DNA of 64,000 nucleotides. Origin: Phormidesmis sp. Its GTDB lineage: Bacteria > Cyanobacteriota > Cyanobacteriia > Leptolyngbyales > Leptolyngbyaceae. The position numbers and the translations under genes were made by a program. Within the stretch, counting starts at the first letter, position 1. The number at the start of each line of letters is the position of its first letter. Below the pieces are notes generated by a model. It searched no databases. It worked only from the letters and a program-made list of their open reading frames with translations, and had not been told where the DNA came from. The DNA lies in NCBI GenBank assembly GCA_965248535.1, contig CBDFJR010000002.1, forward strand, positions 2,240,001 through 2,304,000, in the 5' to 3' direction. Positions 52,560-63,361 of this stretch are shown piece by piece.

Positions 52560-55201
52560 GGGATGGGTAACGCTACGCGAAACACGGTGCGTCCCGGTTG
52601 GCTTTTGACCTCGATCGTGCCGCTGTGTTTTTCGATAATTTTGTGGCTGATGTCTAACCCTAAACCACTGCCTTCTCCGGCGGCTTTGGTGGTGAAAAAT
52701 GGCTCAAAAATGCGCGGCAAAATCTCAACGGGAATGCCACAACCACTGTCAACAATGCTGACGACGAGCTGGTTTAGGTCACGATCGTGGGCGATGCCAA
52801 TTTCTAGCTGACCTTTTTGATGCATTGCTTGAATCGCATTGTGAATTAAATTAGTCCACACCTGATTTAGCTCATCGGGGTAGACCAAAATCGGCGGCAC
52901 TGGCTGATAGTCACGCACTACCTCAATGCCTTGTTTGAGTTGATTTTGATAGAGCGTCAGCACGGTTTCTAGCCCGTCTTTGAGGTGGGACAGGCTCTTT
53001 TCACCTCTATAGTCCTGATGGGTATAGCTTTTGAGGGCAAACACAACTTTGGCGGCGCGCTCGACCGCCAGCAGAATATTCTCACTGTTGCTTTTAAGCC
53101 GGACTAGATTGTAGGCGAGTTGCAGCGTCCAATCGGCATGACGATCGCTAAACAGCGGCAAAAACGAATCAATCTGTTCATAGATGCCCATGTCTATTAA
53201 TGTGTCAGCGACGTGACGAGCCTGATCGATTTGATGGGTTTCTAAGTGATCGGTCAGCGATCGCTTCCACTGTCTTTTTTCGCGGGCGGTCGGATGGGTT
53301 TGAGTATGCAATCCGCGTTCTAAAAGAGCAAAAAATTTGATTTGCTGCTCATCTGAGAGAATCTGAAACAGCTTCGGCAGTTCTTGAAGCGATTCTTCTA
53401 ACGCTTTAGCTGTGTTGCCGCTAGCTGCCCGAATCGCCCCTAACGGCGTGTTAATTTCGTGGGCAACCCCGGCGATTAATTGCCCCAAGGCGGCCATTTT
53501 CTCAGATTGAATTAGCTCTTGCTGAGTCGCTTGCAGTTGATGCAGGGCATCGGCCAATTCCTGGTTGCTTTGGTAGAGGGCTAACTCAGCTTGCTTACGA
53601 TCGCTGACATCCCGAATCATAAACAGCACTTCGGCCTCGCCACTTTTGACAACCCTGACTTCTTCATATTGCAGGCGATCGTCAAAGGTCAGCGTTTGTT
53701 CATATAGCTGGGTTTTGCCTGTGGCTAACGCTTGGCGTAGGTAATGGAGTTGCTGCTGGGCCACCTCTGCGGGCAAGCATGAAAGGTGCTGACCGACTAC
53801 ATCAAAGCCGTCGGGCAAGAGATCTCTAAACTCGCTAGTTCTGACATAGCCTAAATAAAAGCCGTCGGCATTGACGCGATACATCAAGTCAGGAATGGCG
53901 GTGACAATGGCGCGAGTTTGGGATTCGTTATCCCGCAGGGCATCTTCGGTGCGCTGATGTTCAATAATTGATTGCTGTAGCTCGGCGGTGCGATCGCTGA
54001 CCTGTTGTTCTAGAGTTTGATTAGCGGTTTCGAGCAGCGATCGTGAGGTTTGCAGTTGCGTGGCCATGTTGTTAAACGAGGTGGCTAACTCGCCCAACTC
54101 ATCAGAGCGATTGATCGCCACAGACTGCCCCAACTGCCCTTGTGAAAACCGTTTGGCTGCCGTGTTGAGTCGCAAGATCGAACGCGTAATCGATCGGGCC
54201 ATCGTCATGCCGATCGCGGTGGCCAGAGTCAAAGCGGCCAGACAAATCAGGATTGCAGTTTGCAGGTTGGAATTATCTTGGGCGGTGAAGTCAGACTCTG
54301 GAACGACGACGACAATCAGCCAATCTAGCCCCTGACGATCGCTAAAGGGGGTCACCTGCACCCGTTGAGTAACTTGATTAAAGTCAAAACTAAGCTGATA
54401 GCTGCTGTAGATCGTGGCGAAGTTGTCAAACCGTTGGTGTAAATATTCAGCCGTGGCCCGCATCAGGGGCGATCGGCTCAACGCTGCATTTAAGCGACTG
54501 CCATCGGGCAAAAAGGGCTGCTCTGCCATTGACGAGGCCACCATCTGACCCGATCGCTCCATAATAAAGGCTTGCCCCGATCGGCCAATCTTAAGACCTT
54601 TTAAGTTTTGGCTGATGGGCAAAAGCTCAAAGTCAACCGAGAGCGCTCCAAGCAGCGTGCCCGACGGTTGATAAACGGGCTGCACCGTGGCAAAGCTAAG
54701 AGTGGGGGGAGACGTTGAAATCTGTAGCGGAGTCCAGGTGGGCTGTCTGGTGCGAAAAGCGGTTTGATACCAGTCTTTAGGGTGGGAGAGAGAGGAGCGA
54801 TCGGAGGGGCGATCTACCCGCAGCGATCGTCCTTGAGCATCGGTAAATGTGATCTGTTTGACTGTTTGAAACTGCTGAAGCTGTTGCTCAAACGATCGCC
54901 TCAGATCCAGAGAGTTTTGAGAATTAATTTGCTCTAGCCGAATGGCATCTGAGTTTATTTGTTGAACTAATAGAGGAGTCGCTAAGTAGAACTTGATGCC
55001 CTCTGCGATCTGTTCGGTCACTTCGGTTCGCAGATGGGCAGAGGCATCGTCAACCGTGCTTTGATTGCTTTTGACAACGAGATAGCTCGTGACCCCGATC
55101 GCAACGCCAATCTGAAGCAAAAAGGGCACGACTAACATCCATCGCAGAGAGGTTTTTTGAGATGAGTTAGAGAACCAATGTTTCAAAAGATTCAGTGCCA
55201 A
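52556..55201 (-). CDS. Cache-HAMP-PAS sensor histidine kinase
   Basis: Two TM, Cache-like region, DELGELATSFN HAMP, PAS, AGVAHEINTP, NAIQAM, GSGLGL. Confidence 0.9.
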   Translation of the reverse strand: MALNLLKHWFSNSSQKTSLRWMLVVPFLLQIGVAIGVTSYLVVKSNQSTVDDASAHLRTEVTEQIAEGIKFYLATPLLVQQINSDAIRLEQINSQNSLDLRRSFEQQLQQFQTVKQITFTDAQGRSLRVDRPSDRSSLSHPKDWYQTAFRTRQPTWTPLQISTSPPTLSFATVQPVYQPSGTLLGALSVDFELLPISQNLKGLKIGRSGQAFIMERSGQMVASSMAEQPFLPDGSRLNAALSRSPLMRATAEYLHQRFDNFATIYSSYQLSFDFNQVTQRVQVTPFSDRQGLDWLIVVVVPESDFTAQDNSNLQTAILICLAALTLATAIGMTMARSITRSILRLNTAAKRFSQGQLGQSVAINRSDELGELATSFNNMATQLQTSRSLLETANQTLEQQVSDRTAELQQSIIEHQRTEDALRDNESQTRAIVTAIPDLMYRVNADGFYLGYVRTSEFRDLLPDGFDVVGQHLSCLPAEVAQQQLHYLRQALATGKTQLYEQTLTFDDRLQYEEVRVVKSGEAEVLFMIRDVSDRKQAELALYQSNQELADALHQLQATQQELIQSEKMAALGQLIAGVAHEINTPLGAIRAASGNTAKALEESLQELPKLFQILSDEQQIKFFALLERGLHTQTHPTAREKRQWKRSLTDHLETHQIDQARHVADTLIDMGIYEQIDSFLPLFSDRHADWTLQLAYNLVRLKSNSENILLAVERAAKVVFALKSYTHQDYRGEKSLSHLKDGLETVLTLYQNQLKQGIEVVRDYQPVPPILVYPDELNQVWTNLIHNAIQAMHQKGQLEIGIAHDRDLNQLVVSIVDSGCGIPVEILPRIFEPFFTTKAAGEGSGLGLDISHKIIEKHSGTIEVKSQPGRTVFRVALPIP

Positions 55202-55462
55202 ACTCTTGCTTGAGTGTCACACATTCAACCCGTTGGCACAACTTTGACGATCGACTTCATAATCTAGATAGTCTACGCGCCGATGCCGCTGCAAAGGTTG
55301 TTAGCGATGGCTAACTCTTTGTCGAAGCAGTGTCCCCTACGATTTGTTGATATTAATCTCATCCATCCCCTATCTGACTGAGCCGGAAAAATCACGATCG
55401 GGCGGTTCCTCAGAGTCAGGATATCCTGACTATAATGATTCACGAAAACTCAAGGAAACCAA

Positions 55463-56416
55463 ATGACGAGGCAGGCGCAGGGAACGAGTTTCTCGATCGT
55501 CTTAGAAACCGAAAATCTAGCCAACGCTGACCTGCAAGGATTGGTCAACGCGATCGCGTCTCTGTCTCACCAAGATCTGTCGCCCACTGCCGCCAACGAG
55601 GTGCTGTTAATCGATAGCGGTGACACGCCACCAGAGCTATTGGCGCAATGCCAACACTATCCCTGGCTTAAAGTGCACCATGCGCCACCGGGCACTCGCT
55701 ACTATCAAGTCAAAATGCTGGGTGCAGAACTCTCAACGGGAGCGATCGTAGTCTACTATGACTGTGATTGTCTTTATGAATCGAATTGGCTGAGTACCCT
55801 GCTGTCCAGTTTCACGCGGGATGACATTCAGATTGTGGCAGGCGAAACCACCACTCGCAGCGTCGGCATTTATGGCACTGCCATGGCGTTGACCTACATT
55901 TTCCCGCAGTATTCGGGGCGAAAACATCTAACACCTGTTGACCAATATTTTCTCAACAATGTGGCGTTTCGACGGGAGTTTTTGCTTCAGCATCCGATCC
56001 CGTTTGAGTTGCCGCTTTATCGCGGTCATTGCGCCCTTCACGCCCAAGCGCTGCGCCAGCAGGGATATACGATTTGGAGCCAGCCCCAAGCTAGAGCCAC
56101 CCACGCTCCGCCTAATGGGTTAGCTCATTTCTTTTGGCGCTTTTTGCTGATCGGACATGATTATTACTGGCAAAAAAAGCTCTCGAAAGGAACTGTTTCT
56201 AGCGATCGCGCCATGTCTGGTGTGAGAGGAAAAATGCAGGTGTTCTACGATCGCGTCAGCAAAATGGTCACGAACAATCCGCGTCATGGGATCTTTTTGC
56301 CATTGGCACTTCCGATCGTGATCAGTTCCGCCCTCCTAATCTATGTCGGCTATCTGATCACAGTCTGGAATCCGCACTATCTTCTAGAGACTTTTGACCA
56401 GGTTTTAGGCGAGTGA
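55463..56416 (+). CDS. Glycosyltransferase family 2-like protein
   Basis: FSIVL, EVLLIDSG, YYDCDC (DxD), NNVAFRRE, C-terminal TM. Confidence 0.8.
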   Translation: MTRQAQGTSFSIVLETENLANADLQGLVNAIASLSHQDLSPTAANEVLLIDSGDTPPELLAQCQHYPWLKVHHAPPGTRYYQVKMLGAELSTGAIVVYYDCDCLYESNWLSTLLSSFTRDDIQIVAGETTTRSVGIYGTAMALTYIFPQYSGRKHLTPVDQYFLNNVAFRREFLLQHPIPFELPLYRGHCALHAQALRQQGYTIWSQPQARATHAPPNGLAHFFWRFLLIGHDYYWQKKLSKGTVSSDRAMSGVRGKMQVFYDRVSKMVTNNPRHGIFLPLALPIVISSALLIYVGYLITVWNPHYLLETFDQVLGE

Positions 56417-56444
56417 TCAGTTACCCTGAATCGATCTCCAATCT

Positions 56445-59400
56445 TTAACGACTTTGATGAGTGGTTAAACTCACGATCGCCCTAATCAGTTGAACTAAAT
56501 CGAGCGGTTTGGCAATGTGCATTTGAAACCCAGCATCGATCATCATTTGGCGCTCTCGATCGCTGACATAAGCCGTGATCGCCGCCGCCGGAATCTGTCC
56601 CCCGACTTCAGCAGCTAGCGCTCTCACCTGCCTAATCAGAGCAAACCCATCTTCGTCTGGCATCCCGATATCTGCTAAGAGCACATCATAGGTGCCCTGA
56701 GAAGCCATCAGAGCCGCGATCGCTTCTTTGGCTGAGTCAACCACGACGACTTCTGCCCCCACGTCTTCTAAGACATATTTCATCAGGTCGCGAATATGCA
56801 TATCATCATCAACCACCAGAATGGTTAGACCTGTTAGAGAGGGAACCTCTTGACTCATCACCTCTAGAGGCTCTTTGGCTGAGGCTTCTAGCCCGATCGC
56901 TGGGATCACGTCGGGCAGCACAGAGCGCAGGGGTAACCTCACAATGATGGTGGTGCCTTGATCTTTGCCAAGGCTCTCTGCCTGCACCGTGCCGCCGTGC
57001 AGTTCTACCACATGACGCACGATCGACAACCCTAGCCCTAGCCCCTGACTGGCTTTGCTGGTGCTCGAATCGCCTTGACGAAAGCGATCAAACACATGGG
57101 TCAATAGCTCGGCTCGAATGCCTTGCCCATTATCGCTGACTCGAATCTCAGCATCAGTCTGTGTGGTCGATAGGGTGACATCTACTCGTCCGCCCGTGGG
57201 CGTAAATTTAACGGCGTTAGACAATAGATTCCACAGCACTTGCTGCAAGCGATCGACATCGCCCACAATCGTCGCAGAGGTCAGATGTGAAACGATTTGA
57301 ATCGATTTTGCCTCGGCAGAGAGTTGAACAGACTCGATCGCCGCATTCACGACCAAGACCAGATCTAGCCGATGGGTGTTGAGGTGCAGTTTGCCGCTGG
57401 TGATGCGGGAGACATCTAGAATATCTTCGATCAGTTGAGATTGGGCCCTAGCACTGCGATAGATCACCTCTAACGCCCGATCGTTGGTTGGTTTGTCTAG
57501 CTGACGAGTGCGAAGAAGCTGCGCCCAGCCAATGATGGCACTCAGCGGGTTGCGAAGCTCATGAGACAGGTTTGACAGAAACTCGTCTTTGGCGAGATTG
57601 GCAGTTTCTGCCTGTTGACGGGCTAATTGTTCCTGAGTCAGGCTCTGCGATCGCTCCGCTTCAAACTGCTTGCGCGCCGTGATGTCTTCGATCGACAGCA
57701 ACAGCCGTTGAGCCTCCCCTTCTTGAACAATCTTCCAACCGTTTAGCAGCATGGTTTTTTGCCCAATCTGCTCAAACTGATGTTCAACCTCAAAGTTTCG
57801 CAGGGGCAAATCGTTGACAAAGACATCTTCTAGAAGCGATCGCAGTCCGGCGATGTTCCACTGTCCGTTACCTAGATCAAAAATCAGCGATCGGGCAGTG
57901 TCGTTCGGTTCAACCTGAAACGTTTCATAGAACGATCGATTGGCTTTGTTGACGCGAAAATCAGACTCCAACACAATCAGCGGCACATGAACGGTTTCTA
58001 CGATCGCCTCTGCATAGTTTCGAGCTTCTTCTAACGTGGCAGCAGTGCGCTTGAGGGCATCAATATCGAGCAACACCAGCACGACCCCATCGATCTGATT
58101 TTCTGTGGTGCGATAAGGGCGAATGCGGAGCGTATACCAGTGTCCGCCCTGGGTTTGCACTTCTAACTCTTTGACGCTGAGGGTTTCTAACACCTCTAAA
58201 ATCAACGGCTCTAGGTCTGGAATGTTGAGATTGGTTCTGATGTCGCTCACAGGTCGCCCAGCATCAGTAGGAATGAAGTTAAATAACTGCTGCGCCATCG
58301 GCGTAAATCGTCGAATGCGTAGGTCGTGGGTCAACATCAAAATCGGGATGTTGATGCTAGCCAGCAGATTAGTCAGATCGTTGTTGAGCAGATAGAGTTC
58401 TGAGTTGCGGCTGCGGAGTTCGTCGTTGGTGGTGTTGAGTTCCTCATTGGTTGCCTGAATCTCTTCTTTGGCTGTTTCTAACTCCTCATTGGTGCTTTGC
58501 AGTTCTTCATTGCTTGACAAAATTTCTTCATTGGCAACTTTGAGGTCTTGATTGCCGTGTTCTTGCTCTTCAATTAGGGACTGTAAATAGGTCTGAGTCG
58601 CGGCCCGTTCTTGAATGGCATCTGCAAGCTCTTGCCTCAGCCGCACAATCTCTTGATCTAAATCTCCGAGGGGGCTTGCTAGAGCGACGAGGTTAGAACT
58701 GCTGTTGGGCAGAGCTTCGTCAAACAACACTAAAAAGCGGCGCTCTTCGGTCGGCGGCACCTTAAACGGAATCACCTGAAGATTGACGACTCTAGAGCGA
58801 TCGCCGTCTTTTAAATGCAGTCTGCTCTTTGCGGCAGGCACCTGCTGGTGTTGGGCTTGATAAATGGCCGCCCGTAGCTCAACCAGCAAGCCCGATCGCA
58901 CCAGGTTAAACAGGTTGAGGTTCGCGACTCCATGGGCCAATTTTAAGTAGCGATCGATGTCTCCCCGCAGTTGCAGCACTTGCATCTGGTCGTCAATCAC
59001 CACCCCGATCGGGGCGTAGTGATTTGCAATCAGTTGATCGACTTTTTTCTGTAGGTCAAACCGTTCGATCGGGCCCTGCATCGACTGAACACCGCTTTGC
59101 TTGACAATGGGATAACTGCTGGTGGCAAATGAAAAAGTGGCACGAGTAAGGGTTAGTTTCTTGGCATAGATTCTGTGCTTTTTCTCGATTAACGTAAATA
59201 AGTCTGAATACTTACCCGTGCTTTCTGACGTGCCGAGCAGCAAAAAGCCAGTTGGGTTAAGGCTGTAGTGAAAGATGGGCATGATCCGCTTTTGCAGCAG
59301 GTCGCCTAAGTAAATCAGCACGTTGCGGCAGCTAATCAAGTCAAGATTAGAAAAAGGCGGATCGCTGCCCAAGTTTTGACGAGCAAATACACAGAGTTCG

Positions 59401-60647
59401 CGCACTGACTTACTGATCTGATAGCCGCCGTGCTCAACGGGGTGAAAAAACTTGCGGCGGCGCTCTGGCGAGACATCCACCATCTGGTTTTCTGCATAGG
59501 TGCCCGATCGGGCTTTGTCGATCGCGATCTCGCTAATATCAGTGGCAAAAATTTGGATAGACGGCTGAGACGTGCGATCGGCTAAAAACTCTAGCAGGCA
59601 GATGGCGATCGAGTAGACTTCTTCACCTGTCGAGCACCCCGCCACCCAGATCCTAATCGGAGCCTCTGCCGACTTGTTTTGCACAAGAGTAGGAAAGACC
59701 CGCGTTTTCAGCAGATTAAACGTGTTGGGATCGCGAAAAAAGCGGGTGACATGAATCAAGATTTCTTCATACAGCGCTTTGACCTCAGCCGGATGCGCTT
59801 GCAGATAGACGGCATAGTCTTCTAGCTGGTCTAGCTTATACAACAGCATTCGCCGCTGAATTCGACGATCGAGAGTTTTAGGCTTGTAGTGGCTAAAGTC
59901 AACGCCCGTGGTGGATTGCAGCAGCACAAAAATCGTCGCAAGGGCATCTTTTGGCTCGATCGGCTCCGCGATCGGGATCAGAGGCAGGAGGCAAGCCAGC
60001 CGAGAGTTGCGACTGAGATTGACCAGTTCTTCAGCAATTTTTTCGGGCGGCAGCACAAAATCGACATTTCCAGTCGCGACGGCAGTGCTGGGCATGCTGT
60101 CAAATTTCGCCGTGTCTTCACATTGAGCAAAGGTTACGCCGCCTGCTGCCTTGATGGCCGTCAGCCCCAGTGACCCATCTCCATCGCTGCCTGACAAAAT
60201 GACCGCGATCGCTCGGTGCCCACGATCGATGGCTAGCGATACAAAAAAAGCATCTCCCGGCATATATTTGCCAAACACTTTTTCGCGGGGCGACAGTTGC
60301 AGCCTGCCCTCAGACAAAATCATTTTAGTGTTGGGCGGAATCACATAAACCTGGTTTGGCCCTACCGTCATGCCGTCTTGCCCTTCATGCACAGACATCA
60401 GGGTCACTCTCGTGAGAATCTCTTTTAACAGACTCTGGTGATTAGGGGCTAAATGCTGAATCAGCACAAAGGCCATGCCCGTGTTGGTGGGCAAATGGCT
60501 GAGGAGTTGTGTAAAGGCTTCTAACCCTCCCGCAGAAGCAGCAACACCTACAACCGGGAAGGGAGCCTCGATCGAGGTCTGGGGAAGCGCATCAAGTGCG
60601 TCTTCAGAACTACGGAACTGTGGTTGAGTAGGTAAGTCAGAAGTCAT
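56445..60647 (-). CDS. CheB-CheR-PAS-histidine kinase-REC fusion
   Basis: ASAGG/QHL/DG CheB triad, TRFFRD, AGCSTGEE, CRNVLIY, EELQSTNEEL coiled coil, SHELRNP, REC. Confidence 0.93.
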   Translation of the reverse strand: MTSDLPTQPQFRSSEDALDALPQTSIEAPFPVVGVAASAGGLEAFTQLLSHLPTNTGMAFVLIQHLAPNHQSLLKEILTRVTLMSVHEGQDGMTVGPNQVYVIPPNTKMILSEGRLQLSPREKVFGKYMPGDAFFVSLAIDRGHRAIAVILSGSDGDGSLGLTAIKAAGGVTFAQCEDTAKFDSMPSTAVATGNVDFVLPPEKIAEELVNLSRNSRLACLLPLIPIAEPIEPKDALATIFVLLQSTTGVDFSHYKPKTLDRRIQRRMLLYKLDQLEDYAVYLQAHPAEVKALYEEILIHVTRFFRDPNTFNLLKTRVFPTLVQNKSAEAPIRIWVAGCSTGEEVYSIAICLLEFLADRTSQPSIQIFATDISEIAIDKARSGTYAENQMVDVSPERRRKFFHPVEHGGYQISKSVRELCVFARQNLGSDPPFSNLDLISCRNVLIYLGDLLQKRIMPIFHYSLNPTGFLLLGTSESTGKYSDLFTLIEKKHRIYAKKLTLTRATFSFATSSYPIVKQSGVQSMQGPIERFDLQKKVDQLIANHYAPIGVVIDDQMQVLQLRGDIDRYLKLAHGVANLNLFNLVRSGLLVELRAAIYQAQHQQVPAAKSRLHLKDGDRSRVVNLQVIPFKVPPTEERRFLVLFDEALPNSSSNLVALASPLGDLDQEIVRLRQELADAIQERAATQTYLQSLIEEQEHGNQDLKVANEEILSSNEELQSTNEELETAKEEIQATNEELNTTNDELRSRNSELYLLNNDLTNLLASINIPILMLTHDLRIRRFTPMAQQLFNFIPTDAGRPVSDIRTNLNIPDLEPLILEVLETLSVKELEVQTQGGHWYTLRIRPYRTTENQIDGVVLVLLDIDALKRTAATLEEARNYAEAIVETVHVPLIVLESDFRVNKANRSFYETFQVEPNDTARSLIFDLGNGQWNIAGLRSLLEDVFVNDLPLRNFEVEHQFEQIGQKTMLLNGWKIVQEGEAQRLLLSIEDITARKQFEAERSQSLTQEQLARQQAETANLAKDEFLSNLSHELRNPLSAIIGWAQLLRTRQLDKPTNDRALEVIYRSARAQSQLIEDILDVSRITSGKLHLNTHRLDLVLVVNAAIESVQLSAEAKSIQIVSHLTSATIVGDVDRLQQVLWNLLSNAVKFTPTGGRVDVTLSTTQTDAEIRVSDNGQGIRAELLTHVFDRFRQGDSSTSKASQGLGLGLSIVRHVVELHGGTVQAESLGKDQGTTIIVRLPLRSVLPDVIPAIGLEASAKEPLEVMSQEVPSLTGLTILVVDDDMHIRDLMKYVLEDVGAEVVVVDSAKEAIAALMASQGTYDVLLADIGMPDEDGFALIRQVRALAAEVGGQIPAAAITAYVSDRERQMMIDAGFQMHIAKPLDLVQLIRAIVSLTTHQSR

Positions 60648-60815
60648 AGGCTAAAGCCTAACACCCCCTTTAAGGATTGGTAGCTAAGTTTTGTGGGCTG
60701 AGTTGGGGCAGTGGGATCGGTCACTCAAACTCAGATTTGGCAGGCTTGATTGTTCTCGATCGCTGCTCAGAATCGCTAGAATCGAGAGGTATCCTGAAGA
60801 TTGAGTATAAAAGCG

Positions 60816-61508
60816 ATGTTGACTCGCCTGAGAGGTTCCTGGATTTGGATGGGTGCGATCGCGGCAACCCTCACTGCCAGCAGCTTAAATTCTCGTGCTA
60901 TCGCCGCGCCAACTCCGACTGATGGGCTGCCGATCGTGCGATCGGCGGTCTTGCAGCCAGATCTCCGAGTGCCGTGGTCACAGCCTGTCAGGGTGATTGA
61001 CCCATTTGAAGGCGAATCTCTGGCGGTGTTTGATCAAAATTATTTCACGAGGTCATTTCGCAACATCAAGAGTCAGGTTGAAGTCATCAGTCTGTGGCAG
61101 CCCAAATCTGTGAGCGTGTTGTTAGCCTATAGCGGCCGTGAGTGCTCGACTAGCGCGAGACGCAATTTTGGACTAGTCGCCCGACATTCTTTCCCATTGC
61201 GTCATCGATCATTTTCCTTTGGTCTAGGATATCATCCGTTTGATGATTTTCGCGATGACTTTTCTAATTCTGTTTGTGCTACCAATAACGGCATCCAAAA
61301 AATCACTAAGCTGTCTATCAAAGTGAACGATCTCGTGTTTCAGATTGATAATAAAAATGGTCAGTTTCCCATCAGTGCAGATCTTGCAACGGCCCTCAAA
61401 ACGGCCCCTGAAGAGAATGCTCAACTGAGAGCGATCGCAGATAACGGTGAGATTATCGATAGCGCGATCGGACTAGGAACAGTCAAAGCTTGGAGAAGCA
61501 TTTACTAA
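60816..61508 (+). CDS. Hypothetical exported protein
   Basis: Signal peptide ending AIA-A; long ORF ending TVKAWRSIY. Confidence 0.65.
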   Translation: MLTRLRGSWIWMGAIAATLTASSLNSRAIAAPTPTDGLPIVRSAVLQPDLRVPWSQPVRVIDPFEGESLAVFDQNYFTRSFRNIKSQVEVISLWQPKSVSVLLAYSGRECSTSARRNFGLVARHSFPLRHRSFSFGLGYHPFDDFRDDFSNSVCATNNGIQKITKLSIKVNDLVFQIDNKNGQFPISADLATALKTAPEENAQLRAIADNGEIIDSAIGLGTVKAWRSIY

Positions 61509-61533
61509 TCACTCAAGGGACTATAGCGGGTGA

Positions 61534-62670
61534 TCACTCCCACGGTCTGATCAAGCCATCGCCTTCGATTCGCAGTTTGCGCCCGCGCCAATAGACCCCG
61601 CGCCCAAATGCACCCATCACCCACACCCCAAAACTAAGACCATCTCGCAGTGGCAACACCCAAAACCAGCGCAGCAGCGTTGAGCAATTGAGATCAACCG
61701 CCGCCACCCAAGCTTGCCCATAGCGAAGGGTGACCGTCGCCAGCGTCAGCCCGATCGCCCAGGGAGCAAATCTAGTTATCAACAACAGCGGTAGACAATA
61801 AACGGTGCCGTAGCAAAATGCCATGGTGTAATAGACCCAACCGCGATTGAAGCGAATGGTTCTTGCCCAGCGCAGTTCTCGTTTGGCGAGTTGCCCAAGG
61901 CTTTCGCGCCCGGTGTCTGACTCTAAAACATAGCGAGATAACTCAACGTGATAGCCTGCACTAGCGGCTCGTTTACCTAAGTTGCAGTCAGAGCCAATTC
62001 GATTGAGGTGCAGTCCGCCCAAGTTGGCTAGGGTGGCTTGGCGAGTGGCGATCGTAGCCCCCACTGCAAACTTCAGCCCGCCATCTAGCGCTCGCGCAAT
62101 CAGCGCACTAGGGATAAAATCACAGCATCGCCCGATCGAGGCCAGCGCCGACCCCAAAAACTGTGGGTTGTGGGCCACAAAAGCACAGGTGACTAGCCCC
62201 ATCTTCGGGTCTATGAGAGGCTCAGTCACGGTTTGAACATAGTCAGAACTGACCCGAATATCACTATCAGCAAAGATAACCACCTCATAGCGGGCTGCTT
62301 CTAACAAATAGCTAAGAGTGCTGTCTTTATAGTTGATCCCACGAGGCGACAATCCCACCAACAAGCGGGCCCGATCGGGGAACAACTTCACTAACTTCTC
62401 CAACACCGGAACAGCAGGATCGGTGGGATCAACTACCCCAAACAGCACCTCATAAGGCTCATAATGCTGCTTGCAAAAGCTAGACCAATTTTCCCACGCC
62501 CCTTCGTCTAGCCCGCAAACAGGCACCAAAATTGAGACTCCCTCCGTGAAAACTTTGTCACCGGATGCAGGGATCGCAAAAAATTGCCGGGTAAACCAAA
62601 GACAGGCACTATAAAAACCGATCGAGCCAACCAGCAAAACCGACAAAATGGCTGCCAACGAAATTATCAT
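61534..62670 (-). CDS. HpnI/ceramide glucosyltransferase-like GT2 protein
   Basis: VSILVPVCGLD, YEVLFGV, FADSDI, RELRWART; TM at both ends. Confidence 0.82.
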   Translation of the reverse strand: MIISLAAILSVLLVGSIGFYSACLWFTRQFFAIPASGDKVFTEGVSILVPVCGLDEGAWENWSSFCKQHYEPYEVLFGVVDPTDPAVPVLEKLVKLFPDRARLLVGLSPRGINYKDSTLSYLLEAARYEVVIFADSDIRVSSDYVQTVTEPLIDPKMGLVTCAFVAHNPQFLGSALASIGRCCDFIPSALIARALDGGLKFAVGATIATRQATLANLGGLHLNRIGSDCNLGKRAASAGYHVELSRYVLESDTGRESLGQLAKRELRWARTIRFNRGWVYYTMAFCYGTVYCLPLLLITRFAPWAIGLTLATVTLRYGQAWVAAVDLNCSTLLRWFWVLPLRDGLSFGVWVMGAFGRGVYWRGRKLRIEGDGLIRPWE

Positions 62671-62908
62671 CTCAACTCATAAAACACTGCAAAATACCCC
62701 TGTTGTAGCGCTTTGAGCTTTAAAGACGCAACTCTGCGCCAACGACAAAACTAGTTCATCGCTTAGTATTCGCAATTTTTAATAGAGATAACACCCGTCT
62801 TTTGGAAGTCTTATAGAAAAAGGAGAGCCTGAGAACCCGCAAAACCCATCGTGCTTCAGCCGTGGGATGTAGCGAGGGTTCTCGCGCCTGCTGCTGCAGG
62901 CAGAGTCA

Positions 62909-63313
62909 TCATCTTGTTTTCTGAGCCTCAACGTACCTCTTGATTGTGTCTCCTGAAACGTTGCCAGCCGTGCCAACAAAATAGCTACGAGTCCACAGGC
63001 TAGGCAACTTTAACAGGTGAGGAAATTCTTTCCTAAGCGCGTGAGATGTCACCCCTTTGACCTTGTGCATGATTTGGTAGGGGGCAAGAATCGGCTTTGA
63101 CTGAACAAATAAATGGACGTGATCTAAATGGGTTTCCACTGCAATGATTTGGCACTCGATATCGATTGCGGCTTGTCTGATCAATTCAATCAGCCGTCTG
63201 TCAACATCACCCACAAGCATCTTTCTACGTCGCCTGACTATCCACACAAAATGGTAGTTAATCAAGCTGACAGACGTGTTTTCATGCCAATAATCTTGCG
63301 CCACTTTCTTCAC
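62909..63313 (-). CDS. tnpA: IS200-type Y1 HUH transposase
   Basis: YHFVW, DHVHLF (HUH), LWTRSYF, YVEAQ. Confidence 0.93.
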   Translation of the reverse strand: MKKVAQDYWHENTSVSLINYHFVWIVRRRRKMLVGDVDRRLIELIRQAAIDIECQIIAVETHLDHVHLFVQSKPILAPYQIMHKVKGVTSHALRKEFPHLLKLPSLWTRSYFVGTAGNVSGDTIKRYVEAQKTR

Positions 63314-63361
63314 CTAAATGTCTATGGCTATGCTATCATAGACACAAGAGGAAAGAAAGAA

